DNA of 46,691 bases from a virus: IMG/VR virus record IMGVR_UViG_3300020202_000024, positions 1 to 46,691 of that record. One strand, written 5' to 3'. The notes beneath the pieces are model-generated. The model saw only the letters and a program-made list of their open reading frames with translations, was not told the DNA's origin and did no database searches. Positions 1-8,273 of the stretch are shown here, in pieces; position 1 is the first letter of the stretch; each line of letters starts with the position of its first letter. Position numbers and translations under genes: made by a program.

Positions 1-127
1 GACTACGATCTCGCGTCCATGGACATCGTTCCGGTCGCCGATCCGAAGATGGTCACGGACATGCAGCGGTCAGCCCGCGCAAACGTGGTCATGACGATCG
101 CCGGCCACCCAGTTCTCGGTGGAACTC
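1..127. repeat. Terminal overlap copy 1 (identical to 46565..46691)
   Basis: Base-by-base identity read directly; lies inside the portal ORF. Confidence 0.95.
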
Positions 128-552
128 TGGTCCCGCACGAAGCCACAAAGTACATCTTTGACATCGCGGGCATGGCAGAGGAAGCCGAGAAGCTTGTAGC
201 GAAGCCTCAGCAGGGGCCGAGCCCGGTTGAGGAGCTTCAGCTTAAGAACGTCGCGGCCGAGGTCGCCAAGAAAGAGGCCGGCGCCGAGAAGGACATGGCG
301 ACCGCCGAGAAGACCAAGCTGGAAACGGCGCTGTTGCCCCACGACAAGGCCATGGAAGCGCGCAAGATCGACAACGATGAGGCGCGCGGGCAGCACGATA
401 TGGCCCTGGGCGAGTTCGGCAAGGCGCTGGAGGCTGAATCCGCGGGCGCCAGTCATGGGCTGCAGCGGGACAAGCTGGCGCTGGACGACCAGGCGCGCGC
501 CCTGGACCGGGAAGCGGCGGCTGAGCGTGAGAAGGCCAAAGAGCCCGCATGA
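1..552 (+). CDS. Portal protein, C-terminal segment (continues 45008..46691 across the junction)
   Basis: Frame 1 is open from base 1 and in phase with the ORF running off the 3' end. Ala/Glu/Lys-rich tail; stop TGA at 550-552. Confidence 0.8.
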   Translation, partial: DYDLASMDIVPVADPKMVTDMQRSARANVVMTIAGHPVLGGTLVPHEATKYIFDIAGMAEEAEKLVAKPQQGPSPVEELQLKNVAAEVAKKEAGAEKDMATAEKTKLETALLPHDKAMEARKIDNDEARGQHDMALGEFGKALEAESAGASHGLQRDKLALDDQARALDREAAAEREKAKEPA

Positions 553-827
553 CCATCGAGAAAGAAGACTTCGACGCTTGGCGTGACAATCCCATCACCC
601 AGGCGGTGATGAAGCGCGTAGCGGCGATCGCCGAAGAGGCAAAGCAGCATTGGATGGCGGTGTCGTGGGAAGGCGGAAGCGCCGATCCCCTGATGCTGGC
701 TGACCTGAGAGCAAAGGCGCAGATCGCGAACGATCTCGTCGCACTGAAGCATGAGGACATCGATGACGAACCCAAGCGGCATTCTGCCGACCGAGTACAA
801 GGTTCTGATCGCTCCCAAGGCGATTGA
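549..827 (+). CDS. Hypothetical head-module protein
   Basis: ATGA overlap with the portal stop; 92 aa. The last ~65 nt overlap the next gene in another frame, so the 3' extent is uncertain. Confidence 0.5.
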   Translation: MTIEKEDFDAWRDNPITQAVMKRVAAIAEEAKQHWMAVSWEGGSADPLMLADLRAKAQIANDLVALKHEDIDDEPKRHSADRVQGSDRSQGD

Positions 828-1077
828 CGAGAAGACGAAGGGCGGGATCATCATCCCGGACCAGACGAAAGAGCGCGACCAATTCGCCCAAATGGAGGGC
901 GAGCTGATCGCGGTTTCCCCGCTGGCCTTCACCTACGATGACTGGAAAGGCCATCTGCCGCCGAAGCCCGGTGATCGTGTGCTGTTCGCGAAGTACGCGG
1001 GCGCAAACGTCAAGGGCAGGGACGGCAAGGACTACCGGCTCTGCAACGACAAGGATGTCGCGGCGGTGCTGGCATGA
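763..1077 (+). CDS. GroES/Cpn10-like co-chaperonin
   Basis: 104 aa. YKVLIAPK..EKTKGGIIIPD..GELIAVSP..KPGDRVLFAKYAG follows the GroES layout (mobile-loop GG-I-I, GD-V-F-Y-G). An alternative start exists at 751. Confidence 0.7.
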   Translation: MTNPSGILPTEYKVLIAPKAIDEKTKGGIIIPDQTKERDQFAQMEGELIAVSPLAFTYDDWKGHLPPKPGDRVLFAKYAGANVKGRDGKDYRLCNDKDVAAVLA

Positions 1078-1988
1078 GCGACACCGAGGCTGGCCACGAG
1101 GCCGAGGTCGAAGACACCGACGCGCCGTCCACCGAGGACATCCAGCGCGCCAAAGATATGGGCTGGGTTGCTCCCGAAGACTGGAAGGGCGCTCCCCCGA
1201 AAAGTGGTTTTCTCGACCCGCGCGAATTCGTGCGACGGGGCGAAAAGATCATGCCCATCGTCCGCGCCGAGGCCAAGAAGTGGCAGTCGGAAGCTGAGGG
1301 CCTGAAGCGCGAGCTGCAGGCGGCTCGCGATGAGCACCGCGACACGGTCAAGCGCATCGAGCGCATGTCCATGGTGGCGCTCGAGCAGCAGCGGTCCCAG
1401 ATCGAGGCGAGCTACGCCGCCAAGATCGACATGGCCGCGGCGACGGGCGACACGGATGGCGTCCGGCAGGCCCGCAAAGAGGAAAAAGAGGCCCTTGCGG
1501 CGCTCGACAAGCGCTTGGAGGAGCCCGAAGAGGACAAGAAGGCGCGCGAGAAGAAGGCCGAGACCACTGTCCCGGCCGATGTTCAGAAATGGCTTGAGGC
1601 CAACCCCTGGTACGAGTCGGATGACGAGCTCAAGGCCGTTGCGACCGCACGCCATGTGAAGCTGCTCAAGGAAAAGCCTGGCCTGTCGCTCGCTGACAAC
1701 CTGGAAGAGGTCCGCAAGTACGTGGCCAAGCGGTATCCCGAGCACTTCGAGGCAGCGCAGGACGAGGACGACGACGAGCCAAAGCGCGGCTCTCGCGTCG
1801 AAGGCGGCTCACGGATCGCAGGCGGCGGTGGCCGCAGCCTCTATTCCAAACTGCCGGCGGAGGCCAAGGCGGCAGCCGACAAGTTCATTGAGCAGGGCTT
1901 GTTCCTCGAAAAGGGCGAGACCATCGAGAAGGACAAGGCCAAGGCGCGCGAGCGTTACGCTGCGCAGTATCTGGAGAACGACAAATGA
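1074..1988 (+). CDS. Putative scaffolding protein
   Basis: 304 aa, acidic, long coiled-coil-like stretches (EAEGLKRELQAARDEH, KEEKEALAALDKRLEE). Sits between portal and capsid; ATGA overlap upstream. Confidence 0.6.
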   Translation: MSDTEAGHEAEVEDTDAPSTEDIQRAKDMGWVAPEDWKGAPPKSGFLDPREFVRRGEKIMPIVRAEAKKWQSEAEGLKRELQAARDEHRDTVKRIERMSMVALEQQRSQIEASYAAKIDMAAATGDTDGVRQARKEEKEALAALDKRLEEPEEDKKAREKKAETTVPADVQKWLEANPWYESDDELKAVATARHVKLLKEKPGLSLADNLEEVRKYVAKRYPEHFEAAQDEDDDEPKRGSRVEGGSRIAGGGGRSLYSKLPAEAKAAADKFIEQGLFLEKGETIEKDKAKARERYAAQYLENDK

Positions 1989-2464
1989 GCGAAGCCGAGA
2001 TCAAGCGCGGCCCTGGCCGACCCTCGCGTCAGCAGGAGACGCAGCAGCGTCGCCGACGCCGCGAAACGCTAGGAGACGAGCGGCACCTGAAGCTCGGAGT
2101 GCCTGATGCTCTCAAGGACCCGAGCTTCGAGTACCGCTGGATCAATGAGACCGGCAACCGCATTCAGAGCAAGACCGAGATGGACGACTGGGACATCGTC
2201 AAGTCCCCTGTAGACCCGGCCAAGGACGACGGCGAGGGATCGCCCGTGCGTCGCGCGGTCGGCACGGTAGACGGCAAGCCGCAATATGCGTTCCTCTGCC
2301 GCAAGCCGAAAGAGTTCTACGTCGAGGACAAGAAGGCAGAGCAGAATCTGATCAAGGCCGACGAAGATGCGCTTCGCCGCGGCCAAGTGAAGGGCTCGGA
2401 CGCCCTTTCTGGACCCCACGCTTATGTCCCTGGCACCAATAGGATCAGCCACGGCGGCGAATAG
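1985..2464 (+). CDS. Hypothetical head-associated protein
   Basis: 159 aa, basic N-terminus (QQRRRRRE), FEYRWIN motif. ATGA overlap with the scaffold gene. Confidence 0.6.
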   Translation: MSEAEIKRGPGRPSRQQETQQRRRRRETLGDERHLKLGVPDALKDPSFEYRWINETGNRIQSKTEMDDWDIVKSPVDPAKDDGEGSPVRRAVGTVDGKPQYAFLCRKPKEFYVEDKKAEQNLIKADEDALRRGQVKGSDALSGPHAYVPGTNRISHGGE

Positions 2465-2534
2465 GGGTCATCACCCCATGGTTCACACTTGACGCGGGGC
2501 AGGCCGAGCCGCCCGCGCTCAAAGGACTCATCAC

Positions 2535-3131
2535 ATGGCTAACGTTGACACTCCGTTCGGGATGCGTCCCGTTGCGGACCTGACCGGCCGTCCTTGGACG
2601 GGCGCGGTTCAGGCTTTCAGCACTGCGAGCGGTGACGGTACCGCTATCTACATCGGCGACCCGGTCAAGCTCTCCGGCACGTCCCAGACCATCAACGGCC
2701 GCGTCTATCTCGACGTTGACCAGGCGGCGACGGGCGACGTGGTCGTTGGCGTGGTTGTTGGCACTGACCCCGCGATCGGGGCCGGCGCAAACGGTCGCGA
2801 CTCCACCATCTACCGGGCGGCCTCCACCGTCCGCATTCTCTACGTCTGCACCGATCCGAACGCCGTGTTCGAGATCCAGGAAGTCTCGGGCGGAACCCCC
2901 CTGACCGCAGCCGATGCTGGCCTCAACGCCAACTTCGTCGTTGCGGCGGGCTCGGCCACCACGGGCCTTTCGGGCGTCGAGCTGAACAACGCGACCGAAG
3001 CCACCACCAACACGCTCGATCTCCAGATCGTCGGCCTCGTGCCGCGCGATGACAACGAGATCGGCGAGCATGCGAAGTGGCTCGTCCGCATCAACCGTCA
3101 CCAGTACGCCAACCAAGTCGCTGGCATCTAA
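2535..3131 (+). CDS. Putative capsid decoration/cement or accessory capsid protein
   Basis: 198 aa, Gly/Val/Thr-rich beta-type sequence immediately upstream of the capsid gene. Function is a positional guess. Confidence 0.55.
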   Translation: MANVDTPFGMRPVADLTGRPWTGAVQAFSTASGDGTAIYIGDPVKLSGTSQTINGRVYLDVDQAATGDVVVGVVVGTDPAIGAGANGRDSTIYRAASTVRILYVCTDPNAVFEIQEVSGGTPLTAADAGLNANFVVAAGSATTGLSGVELNNATEATTNTLDLQIVGLVPRDDNEIGEHAKWLVRINRHQYANQVAGI

Positions 3132-3146
3132 CAGGAGATCACGCAC

Positions 3147-4058
3147 ATGGCTGGCGTCATCACTACCGGCAACCATCCGAAGGCCCTTTGGCCTGGGATG
3201 CATGCCTTCTTCGGGCGGACCTACAAGGAAAAGCCCGTTCAGTGGCGTGAAATCTTCGACGTGGAGACCTCCTCCAAAAACTACGAAGAGGACACGCTGG
3301 TCACTGGCTTCGGGCTCGCCCCGGAGAAGGCTCAGGGGCAGTCCGTCTCCTACGACTCGGAGACCCAGGGCTGGACCAAGCGCTACACGCACGTTGTGTA
3401 CGGCCTGGGCTACATCGTGACCCGCGAGGAGATGGAAGACAATCTCTATGAGGTTGTCTCGAAGCGTCGCATCAAGGGCCTGGCGTTCTCGCATCGCCAG
3501 TCCGAAGAGGTCGTTCACGCGAACATCCTCAATCGCGCGTTCAACTCGTCCTATACGGGCGGCGACGCGAAAGAGCTTTGCGCGACCGACCATGCCACGC
3601 TGAACGGCAACCAGTCCAACGAGCTGGCGACCGCGGCCGACTTCTCCGAGGCGTCTCTGGAAGACATGCTCATCCAGATCCGCCAGGCGAAGAACGACCG
3701 CGGCCTCCGCATCGCCCTGGTTCCCCGCAAGCTGATCGTCCCGAACAGCCTCATGTTCGAGGCCGAGCGGGTCCTGAAGTCGTCCCTGCGCTCCGGCACC
3801 GCGAACAACGACATCAACGCTGTTCGCGCCATGGGCCTCCTCCCGGAGGGGTATGTCGTCAATGACTACCTCACCGACACGGATGCGTGGTTCATCAAGA
3901 CGGACTGCCCGAACGGCATGACGCACTTCGAGCGTCGCGCCCTCGAGTTCGGCCAGGACAACGACTTCGACACCGAGAATGCCAAGGCCAAGGCAACCCG
4001 CCGCTATGCGGCCGGCTGGACCGACTGGCGCAGCATCTTCGGAACCGCCGGAGCTTGA
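3147..4058 (+). CDS. Major capsid protein (HK97-fold type presumed)
   Basis: 303 aa. AGGAG-type RBS (caggagatc) upstream; sits after scaffold; followed by a strong intrinsic terminator. Confidence 0.7.
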   Translation: MAGVITTGNHPKALWPGMHAFFGRTYKEKPVQWREIFDVETSSKNYEEDTLVTGFGLAPEKAQGQSVSYDSETQGWTKRYTHVVYGLGYIVTREEMEDNLYEVVSKRRIKGLAFSHRQSEEVVHANILNRAFNSSYTGGDAKELCATDHATLNGNQSNELATAADFSEASLEDMLIQIRQAKNDRGLRIALVPRKLIVPNSLMFEAERVLKSSLRSGTANNDINAVRAMGLLPEGYVVNDYLTDTDAWFIKTDCPNGMTHFERRALEFGQDNDFDTENAKAKATRRYAAGWTDWRSIFGTAGA

Positions 4059-4077
4059 TCGGCAACACACGACTGAG

Positions 4078-4109
4078 GGGCGGGGCCATGTGTCCCGCCC
4101 TTTTTATTT
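4078..4109 (+). terminator. Rho-independent terminator after the capsid gene
   Basis: GGGCGGGG / TCCCGCCC 8-bp stem, 7-nt loop, then TTTTTATTT. Confidence 0.8.
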
Positions 4110-4160
4110 GAGAGCGCCGCGCCGCGGCGTTGCCTGCTCCAACGCTCTCAGGAGAGAACA

Positions 4161-4862
4161 ATGAGCACTTCCCGTTTTCCGAATGGCCTGACCAACGTCT
4201 CCCAGTCGTCCACCATGGGCATGTTCGGCGCCCCGGACCCGTCCAAGTTCCACGTCTTCTGGGACGACTTTGATCGGTTCGTTGCCGCCGACTGGACCAT
4301 CACCACGACCGAGGCCGGCGCCGGCTCGGCGACCGAGGCCCTTGGCGACGCCGATGGCGGCGTGCTGGTCGTGACCAACGACGCCGCGGACAATGACGCG
4401 GACTTCTTCCAGAAGGTCGGCGAGAGCTTCCTGATGGAAGCCGGCAAGGCCGCCTGGTTCAAGGCCCGGTTCAAGGTGTCCGACGCGACGCAGTCGGATT
4501 TCGTCATGGGCCTGCAGATCACCGACACCACGCCGTTGGATGCGACTGACGGCATCTACTTCCAGAAGGATGACGGCGACGCGAACCTTGACTTCTATGT
4601 CCGCAAAGATGCGACGACCGGCTCCAACTCGGCCACGGCCATCGCTACTGTGGTCAGCGACACCTATCTTTCGGTCGGCTGGTACTATGACGGCAAGGGC
4701 AGCGTGAAATACTACGTCAACGACGCGCACATCGGCACGCTCGATGCGTCGGCCACCTACCTGCCGGACACCGAGCTGACCGTGTCGTTCGGCATCCAGA
4801 ACGGTGAAGCGGTCGCGAAGATCATGACCGTGGACTACATCCTGGCGGCGAAGCAGCGCTGA
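4161..4862 (+). CDS. Beta-rich virion protein, possibly jelly-roll/ConA-like
   Basis: 233 aa, Asp/Thr/Gly-rich. GGAGAG RBS. Bracketed by two terminators, so it is effectively its own transcription unit. The fold assignment is a guess. Confidence 0.6.
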   Translation: MSTSRFPNGLTNVSQSSTMGMFGAPDPSKFHVFWDDFDRFVAADWTITTTEAGAGSATEALGDADGGVLVVTNDAADNDADFFQKVGESFLMEAGKAAWFKARFKVSDATQSDFVMGLQITDTTPLDATDGIYFQKDDGDANLDFYVRKDATTGSNSATAIATVVSDTYLSVGWYYDGKGSVKYYVNDAHIGTLDASATYLPDTELTVSFGIQNGEAVAKIMTVDYILAAKQR

Positions 4863-4885
4863 TCGGCACTCTGATCTGCATTTAG

Positions 4886-4916
4886 GGGCGGGCCTTCGGG
4901 CTCGCCCTTTTCATTT
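4886..4916 (+). terminator. Rho-independent terminator
   Basis: GGGCGGGCC-TTCG-GGGCTCGCCC stem (one G-U pair) with a TTCG tetraloop, then TTTTCATTT. Confidence 0.75.
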
Positions 4917-4927
4917 GGAGAGCCGAC

Positions 4928-5320
4928 ATGGCGAACACCATCACGAAAACCACCATTGTGGACGGGCCGCGCAACTTGGTGCAGCTCATCAACATCCTGG
5001 GCGACGGCTCGGGTGAGGAGACGGACACGGTCCTGGTGGATCGCTCCACGTTCGCTCCGACGAACGGCACCAAGCTGGTTGTCGAGAAGATCGAGGGCCT
5101 GAACCACGGCTTCACGGCCCGGCTCATGTTCGACGCCACCACGGACCTCACGATTGTTCATCTGCCCGATGCCGAGTGGTTTCACTACGACTGGTGCGGG
5201 TTCGGTGGTGTGGCCTCGAGCCATGCCGGCGCGGGGGCGAACGGCGACATTCTCATCACTACAGCCGGCCTCGGCTCGGGTGACGCCGGCACGTTCATCC
5301 TGCAGATGCGCAAGGGCTAG
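4928..5320 (+). CDS. Hypothetical virion protein
   Basis: 130 aa; GGAGAG RBS 6 nt upstream; lies in the structural block. Confidence 0.65.
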   Translation: MANTITKTTIVDGPRNLVQLINILGDGSGEETDTVLVDRSTFAPTNGTKLVVEKIEGLNHGFTARLMFDATTDLTIVHLPDAEWFHYDWCGFGGVASSHAGAGANGDILITTAGLGSGDAGTFILQMRKG

Positions 5321-5322
5321 CC

Positions 5323-5613
5323 GTGCATCAGCCGCACTACGTTGCCGGAGATTTCTGGCGCTGCTGCGACGTGTGCGGGATCGACTACCGCAGTTCGCAG
5401 ACCCGCAAGCGGTGGGACGGCGCATGGGTGTGCCTTGCCGACTTTGAGGAGCGCCACCCGCAGGACTTCGTCCGTGGACGCAAGGACCGGCAACGCGCGC
5501 CCGATCCGCGGCCGGAGCCGGCTGAAGTGTTCATCGGCGATGCGCCAACGCCGGTCCTCTCGCCCTCTGGCGACCCCGTGTTCACGCTCAGCAACGACAT
5601 GGTTGTGATCTGA
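5323..5613 (+). CDS. Hypothetical Cys-containing protein
   Basis: 96 aa, GTG start 2 nt after the upstream stop. CCDVCG...C pattern; overlaps the fibre start by 1 nt. Confidence 0.55.
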   Translation: MHQPHYVAGDFWRCCDVCGIDYRSSQTRKRWDGAWVCLADFEERHPQDFVRGRKDRQRAPDPRPEPAEVFIGDAPTPVLSPSGDPVFTLSNDMVVI

Positions 5614-8000
5614 TGTCCGACTATTTGACAGACACGGCCACGGTCACTTGGGACGAGTCCACGCCAAATCAGGTGAAAGGCAACGTTCCTGACAATGCCA
5701 TAACCTACGCCAAGATGCAGAACGTGTCTGCGGCGTCGCGGCTGTTGGGGCGCGGCTCGGCTGCCGGGTCTGGAGATCCAGAAGAAATCACGCTCGGCAC
5801 TGGCCTGAGCATGTCCGGTACGACCTTGACCGCGACGGGCGATGTACTTGGCCCAGCAAGCTCTACCGACAACGCTATCGCCCGTTTTGATCTTGCCACT
5901 GGCAAGGTCCTGCAGAACAGCGGCGTCTTGATCAGCGACGCCAATGCGGTTACGCCAGCCTCCAATGATGGAGGCGCCCTCGGCACCACGGCGCTTGCAT
6001 GGTCAGACGTCTTCTTTGCCTCCGGCGCGGTCCTCAACTTCAATTCCGGCAATTACACGGTCACCCATTCGCCAGGGACGCTGACGTTCAGCGGCGCGGT
6101 GGCCGTTGGCGGCAACCTCTCTCTGACCGGAACGCTGACGCAGCTCAGCTACACGGACTTCGCGGAGATCGCGGCACCGAGCAATCCCAGCGCTAACATT
6201 GCACGGCTCTACGCCAAGGACGACGGGGCGGGCGTGACCCGCATGTATTTCAAGAACAGCGCTGGCACCGAGACGGTCGTCGGTGGGCGCATCGCCCTTA
6301 TAGCGGACACCACATACAACGTGGGCTCGGCCCAAACCTACACGACGCCGCAGGCGCTGTACGAGTACATTCGCGACAACGTGGACACCGCGGGCTATGA
6401 TGTCATTGCACAGCTCACGGATGCGTCGCTCACCACCACATCCGACATCGATGGCCCCCTCACGGGCGGCGGCCGATTCCGCATCCTGGGCGACACGACC
6501 ACCCCGAACAATCGCATCCTGACGACCAGCACGGCCGAGTACACGCTGGAGATCCTGAACGGCGCGACGGTCTACATCGAGGGCGTGGGCTTTACGCACA
6601 CGGGCGGGTCAGGTGCGGCCTGTTTCGTGCGGCACGGCTCAACGCTGGTCATCAACGGGAATTGCGAGTTCGGCGGGGGCGCCGGCACGATCGACATTAC
6701 GTTGCAGAATGACTCCAGCCTGATCCGAGCCGCGAGCTATCGCATCAGCGGCACGCGGACGCGCCATATCTCCGGCAGCAGCAACAGCAACTTATCATCC
6801 ATCAACAACATCACCACGACAAACGTCTCTACGCCCGTGTGGAGCGAAGCCTTTGCGTATGCCCACGCTTCGGCCCGCCTGTGCTTCCAGTCGGGCGAGA
6901 CCTTTAGCGGGAGCGCGACCGGCCCGCGCTTCCTGCTCGAGCAGGGTGGGCACATCTTCACGGGCGGCGCCGGCCTCTCCTTCCTGCCGGGCAGCACCGC
7001 CGGCACACTGGATGGCAGTTCCAGCTACGACGGGATTCTCGGCTCGCTGATCGCTAGCGGGAATGTCACGTACGCTTTGCCGGCGGGCCCGACGGGAACC
7101 ATTGCACAGTTCGCGAGCGCGGACTCAACCAATACCGTAGCGATCGTCGATGCCTTCGCGGCCACACCCGTGGTCGGCGGGCGGCGCGCGCAAGGCACCG
7201 CGGCCTCTCCCTCCACCCTCAATGCCGCCAATCTGCCGATTGTGGTGTTCGGAGCCTATGGTCGTGACGACGTAGGCTACTCGTCAGGCGCCCAGGCAGA
7301 CGTTTCGATGTTCTCGAACGAGGCTTGGACCAGCTCGGCCCGCGGAACGCATCTTCGACTGCGTGCGACCCCGAACGGTTCGACGACGCTCACAGAGATT
7401 TTGCGCATCACCGGGACGGGCACTCTTTGGGCTCTCGATGGGTCTGCGTCGGCACCATCTGCCGCGTTCTCGACACAGACGAACACTGGCGTCTACTACT
7501 CTTCCAACACGTTCAACATCGCGACGCAGGGCGTTCTACGTGCGTCCGTCAGCAGCGCCGGTCTTGTTCTTTCCGTGCCTCTTGCTCCGGCCTCTGGGGG
7601 CACAGGTGTTGCATCGGCGGCTCAATATCTCGCAGCGTCCGCAACGCTCGATATGAACGTCACGACCGATCAAGCGCTGACGATCTCGCTACCGTCCGGC
7701 TACACTCGGTACAAGATCAATCAAATTCTAGTCTACGAGCCATCCATATCGCTGACGACGGCAGCGGGCGGCATCTACACGGCATCGGCAAAGGGCGGCG
7801 TGCAGGTTGTTGCGTCGTCGCAGACCTACTCGGGCTTGACGACGACGGGGCCGGACACGCTCGGTAGCGCGTTCGTAATTCCAGGGACCAACTACAACAC
7901 GATCTTTCTGGCCGACACGACGCTGTTCTTCTCGCTGACCACACCACAGGGGGCGGCGGCTACGGCCAAAATCGTCCTCTATGTCATGCCGGTTCCGTGA
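5613..8000 (+). CDS. Tail fibre/tailspike 1
   Basis: 795 aa, Gly/Ser/Thr/Ala-rich repetitive beta sequence. The NAITYAKMQNV..RLLGR..G...EI.LG N-terminus is typical of phage fibre proteins. Confidence 0.7.
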   Translation: MSDYLTDTATVTWDESTPNQVKGNVPDNAITYAKMQNVSAASRLLGRGSAAGSGDPEEITLGTGLSMSGTTLTATGDVLGPASSTDNAIARFDLATGKVLQNSGVLISDANAVTPASNDGGALGTTALAWSDVFFASGAVLNFNSGNYTVTHSPGTLTFSGAVAVGGNLSLTGTLTQLSYTDFAEIAAPSNPSANIARLYAKDDGAGVTRMYFKNSAGTETVVGGRIALIADTTYNVGSAQTYTTPQALYEYIRDNVDTAGYDVIAQLTDASLTTTSDIDGPLTGGGRFRILGDTTTPNNRILTTSTAEYTLEILNGATVYIEGVGFTHTGGSGAACFVRHGSTLVINGNCEFGGGAGTIDITLQNDSSLIRAASYRISGTRTRHISGSSNSNLSSINNITTTNVSTPVWSEAFAYAHASARLCFQSGETFSGSATGPRFLLEQGGHIFTGGAGLSFLPGSTAGTLDGSSSYDGILGSLIASGNVTYALPAGPTGTIAQFASADSTNTVAIVDAFAATPVVGGRRAQGTAASPSTLNAANLPIVVFGAYGRDDVGYSSGAQADVSMFSNEAWTSSARGTHLRLRATPNGSTTLTEILRITGTGTLWALDGSASAPSAAFSTQTNTGVYYSSNTFNIATQGVLRASVSSAGLVLSVPLAPASGGTGVASAAQYLAASATLDMNVTTDQALTISLPSGYTRYKINQILVYEPSISLTTAAGGIYTASAKGGVQVVASSQTYSGLTTTGPDTLGSAFVIPGTNYNTIFLADTTLFFSLTTPQGAAATAKIVLYVMPVP

Positions 8001-8222
8001 TCACCAGTTGCCTGGCTCGCGGTCCTTTGTGCCCTCTCGCAGAGCCTTGCGCTGGTCTGCCGTAGCGGTCCCGTACCACCACGCCAGCTCTAGCAGCCCG
8101 CCGAAAATTATGCCGGACATCAGGTGTCCGAAGGAGTCTGGCAACCCGATGCGCCAAAGCAGGACCGCACCGATGCCGCCGGCCCCTACGACATATGCCG
8201 CTAGAACAGCGCTCCGTAACAT
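8001..8222 (-). CDS. Small 2-TM membrane protein, counter-oriented moron
   Basis: 73 aa from ATG 8222 (the ORF track extends to a TTG at 8258). Two hydrophobic helices plus a charged tail. It fills the only gap in the structural operon, and the plus-strand ORF here looks non-coding (Arg/Ser/Pro-rich). Confidence 0.55.
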   Translation of the reverse strand: MLRSAVLAAYVVGAGGIGAVLLWRIGLPDSFGHLMSGIIFGGLLELAWWYGTATADQRKALREGTKDREPGNW

Positions 8223-8230
8223 GGGTGCTG

Positions 8231-8258
8231 ACCGTAACGTGTATTCCCGCACCGTCAA
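8231..8258 (-). promoter_or_regulatory. Putative promoter of the 8001..8222 gene (leaderless)
   Basis: Minus strand reads TTGACG-16 nt-TACGGT-8 nt-ATG. Confidence 0.4.
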
Positions 8259-8273
8259 GACCAGAGGTCCGTA

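Noticed and set aside
2445-4070. 541-aa minus-strand ORF, the longest non-annotated ORF in the track
   Set aside because: It lies antisense to the capsid-region genes, and its product is Arg/Gly/Ala/Val-rich low-complexity sequence. It is a typical shadow ORF of a high-GC genome. The plus-strand genes have RBSs, coupled overlaps and recognisable products.
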